NCBI GenBank assembly: GCA_030390025.1
Contig: CM059432.1
Location: forward strand, 90,708,001-90,772,000
DNA length: 64,000 nucleotides
Reading direction: 5' to 3'
Source: Squalus acanthias
Lineage: Eukaryota
The position numbers and the translations under genes are program-made. Position 1 is the stretch's first letter. Every line of letters starts with the position of its first letter. The notes beneath the pieces are model-generated. The model was not told the DNA's origin and did not search any database. It worked only from the letters and a program-made list of their open reading frames with translations. Positions 62,685 through 64,000 of the stretch are shown here, piece after piece.

Positions 62685-63505
62685 GGGGAAAAATTGGGTA
62701 TCGGCCATTTTGGGGCGCTAATATCGGCAGGGCGCAAAGTTTAGCGCCCGGCACTAATTATCGCCTCTGACTGCAAAATTCGCCTCTATCGCACTTGGAG
62801 GTGATTTGAGCACTAAATCAAGCGCTACACACCTCTCTTAAGGCTAATGTCGGGGAGCGAGGTGCTACCTCAGAACGCTACCGAAGCTCAGGCAATGTCA
62901 GTTACTATGGAAGCCCGATAGACATCCATTTCTTAAAGGTGAGGGCCCATCTTGCTGGCCAGCCACACCCTGCTCATTACAGCCTTGAATCTCGGCTTGG
63001 AGAGACCTCTAAAGCAATTGTGTTGGAAGCAGTAATGGATAGGCCCAGGGAAAGAGCTCGGCGCTTAGGAACCTCCAAAGTGGTTCTCAGGACCCAAAAC
63101 TCCTTTGGACAGCGTTGAATCTCTCCAGACGTCTCTCTCCCTCTCAACCTGTGTGTTCCAAAAATTTCACCGACAAGAAAAGGCAGGAAGCACTCGCCTT
63201 TAAATAGCACTCTCCCAGCCCCTTCCCGGCTTGAAAACGTTCCCCTCTACCTGTCGTTCCTAGCGGCAGGTGGTAAGGCAGGGGGCGCGACTCAATATCT
63301 GGTCCGGTGCACTGCCGGGTTGTTGCACACTCGACTGACGTCATGATCTGCAGGTGCAGGAGATCGTGGCGGTAGTGTTTAGCGCCGCTGCAAAACGACT
63401 GGTCAATTTCGCGAGCGGCGCTAAAATCGTCACGCTCGGGTGCTAAGTTCCTAGCTACCCCCGAAGGCGCTAATGGGAGGCGCTAACCAACAGAATTTCC
63501 CCCCC
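62685..63505 (-). mobile_element. Internally deleted Harbinger related to H5, inserted into a CR1 3' end (62534-63545)
   Basis: GGGGAAAAATT...AATTTCCCCCCC ends with AAA flanks. 63170-63500 is reverse-homologous to 55984-56340. Confidence 0.8.
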
Positions 63506-63548
63506 AAAAAATCTATCTAACTCAGCCTTGAATATACTCAAAGACTCG

Positions 63549-64000
63549 GGGCTGGATTTTCAATGGCCCGTGGAGTCGGGTTTGGAGGCGTGTGGGGGGT
63601 TAAAGTTGCAGATTCGGGGGTCCCGACCCCATCCCACCTCCAACCCGCCTCCACGCAATTTTGACAAAATCGGTCGCGGGGTTCCCGACTCCGTCCTGCC
63701 TCCAAGAGGCGGGAGAGGCCATTAAAGCCCTTAACAAGCCCTAAATTGGCTCTGTAATGCCATTTTGAAACGTTTTAGCTAGTTTAACCCTTTTCCGACG
63801 TGAAGTACGCCTGGTGTGAAACACGCCAGTGAAACCTGGCGGGAGCACAAGTGGATAGCTGACTATCAGCTGCGGGTCTACTATTACAACGGAGATGTGA
63901 TGAAGGTAGTAGTAGTATTGTGATGAAGATAGTAGTAGTATTAGGTCTGAAAGTCGCCTCTGATGCTGCTGCATTGAATGTCTTCAGAGACTGCCTGGGA
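63549..64000 (-). mobile_element. MITE of the 3791-4470 family, running off the window
   Basis: Starts GGGCTGGATTTTCA and matches the reverse complement of about 4150-4470. Confidence 0.8.

Overview
This is eukaryotic genomic DNA, almost certainly from a cartilaginous fish (shark-type CR1 LINEs, Deu-domain SINEs of the SacSINE1 type, CpG-depleted AT-rich background). The window is mostly intronic. Three in-phase coding exons of a long coiled-coil host protein lie on the + strand (2727-3011, 17465-17711, 50368-50557), separated by introns of about 14.5 and 32.7 kb that are filled with nested transposable elements. The elements are: at least six autonomous-type PIF/Harbinger transposons of different ages (DDE transposase plus a convergent three-exon Myb/SANT gene); many Harbinger MITEs; CR1, L2 and a Crack/Daphne-like LINE; DeuSINEs; three probable solo LTRs; and a hAT-like element. 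The standout structure is a young, GC-rich Gypsy element of the CsRn1 type (CHCC gag motif, tRNA-Trp PBS; 51714-60261). Its 5' LTR carries a near-intact 4.2-kb Harbinger (55984-60176), and non-autonomous partners of that Harbinger lie elsewhere in the window. I found no prokaryotic systems, CRISPR arrays, rRNA or tRNA genes. I cannot claim a wholly new biological system. The most novel-looking signals are the CsRn1-type element, the young Harbinger/MITE family with non-canonical target duplications, and a CRE+TATA module repeated at Harbinger ends. All coordinates and alignments were read by eye, with no database searches.
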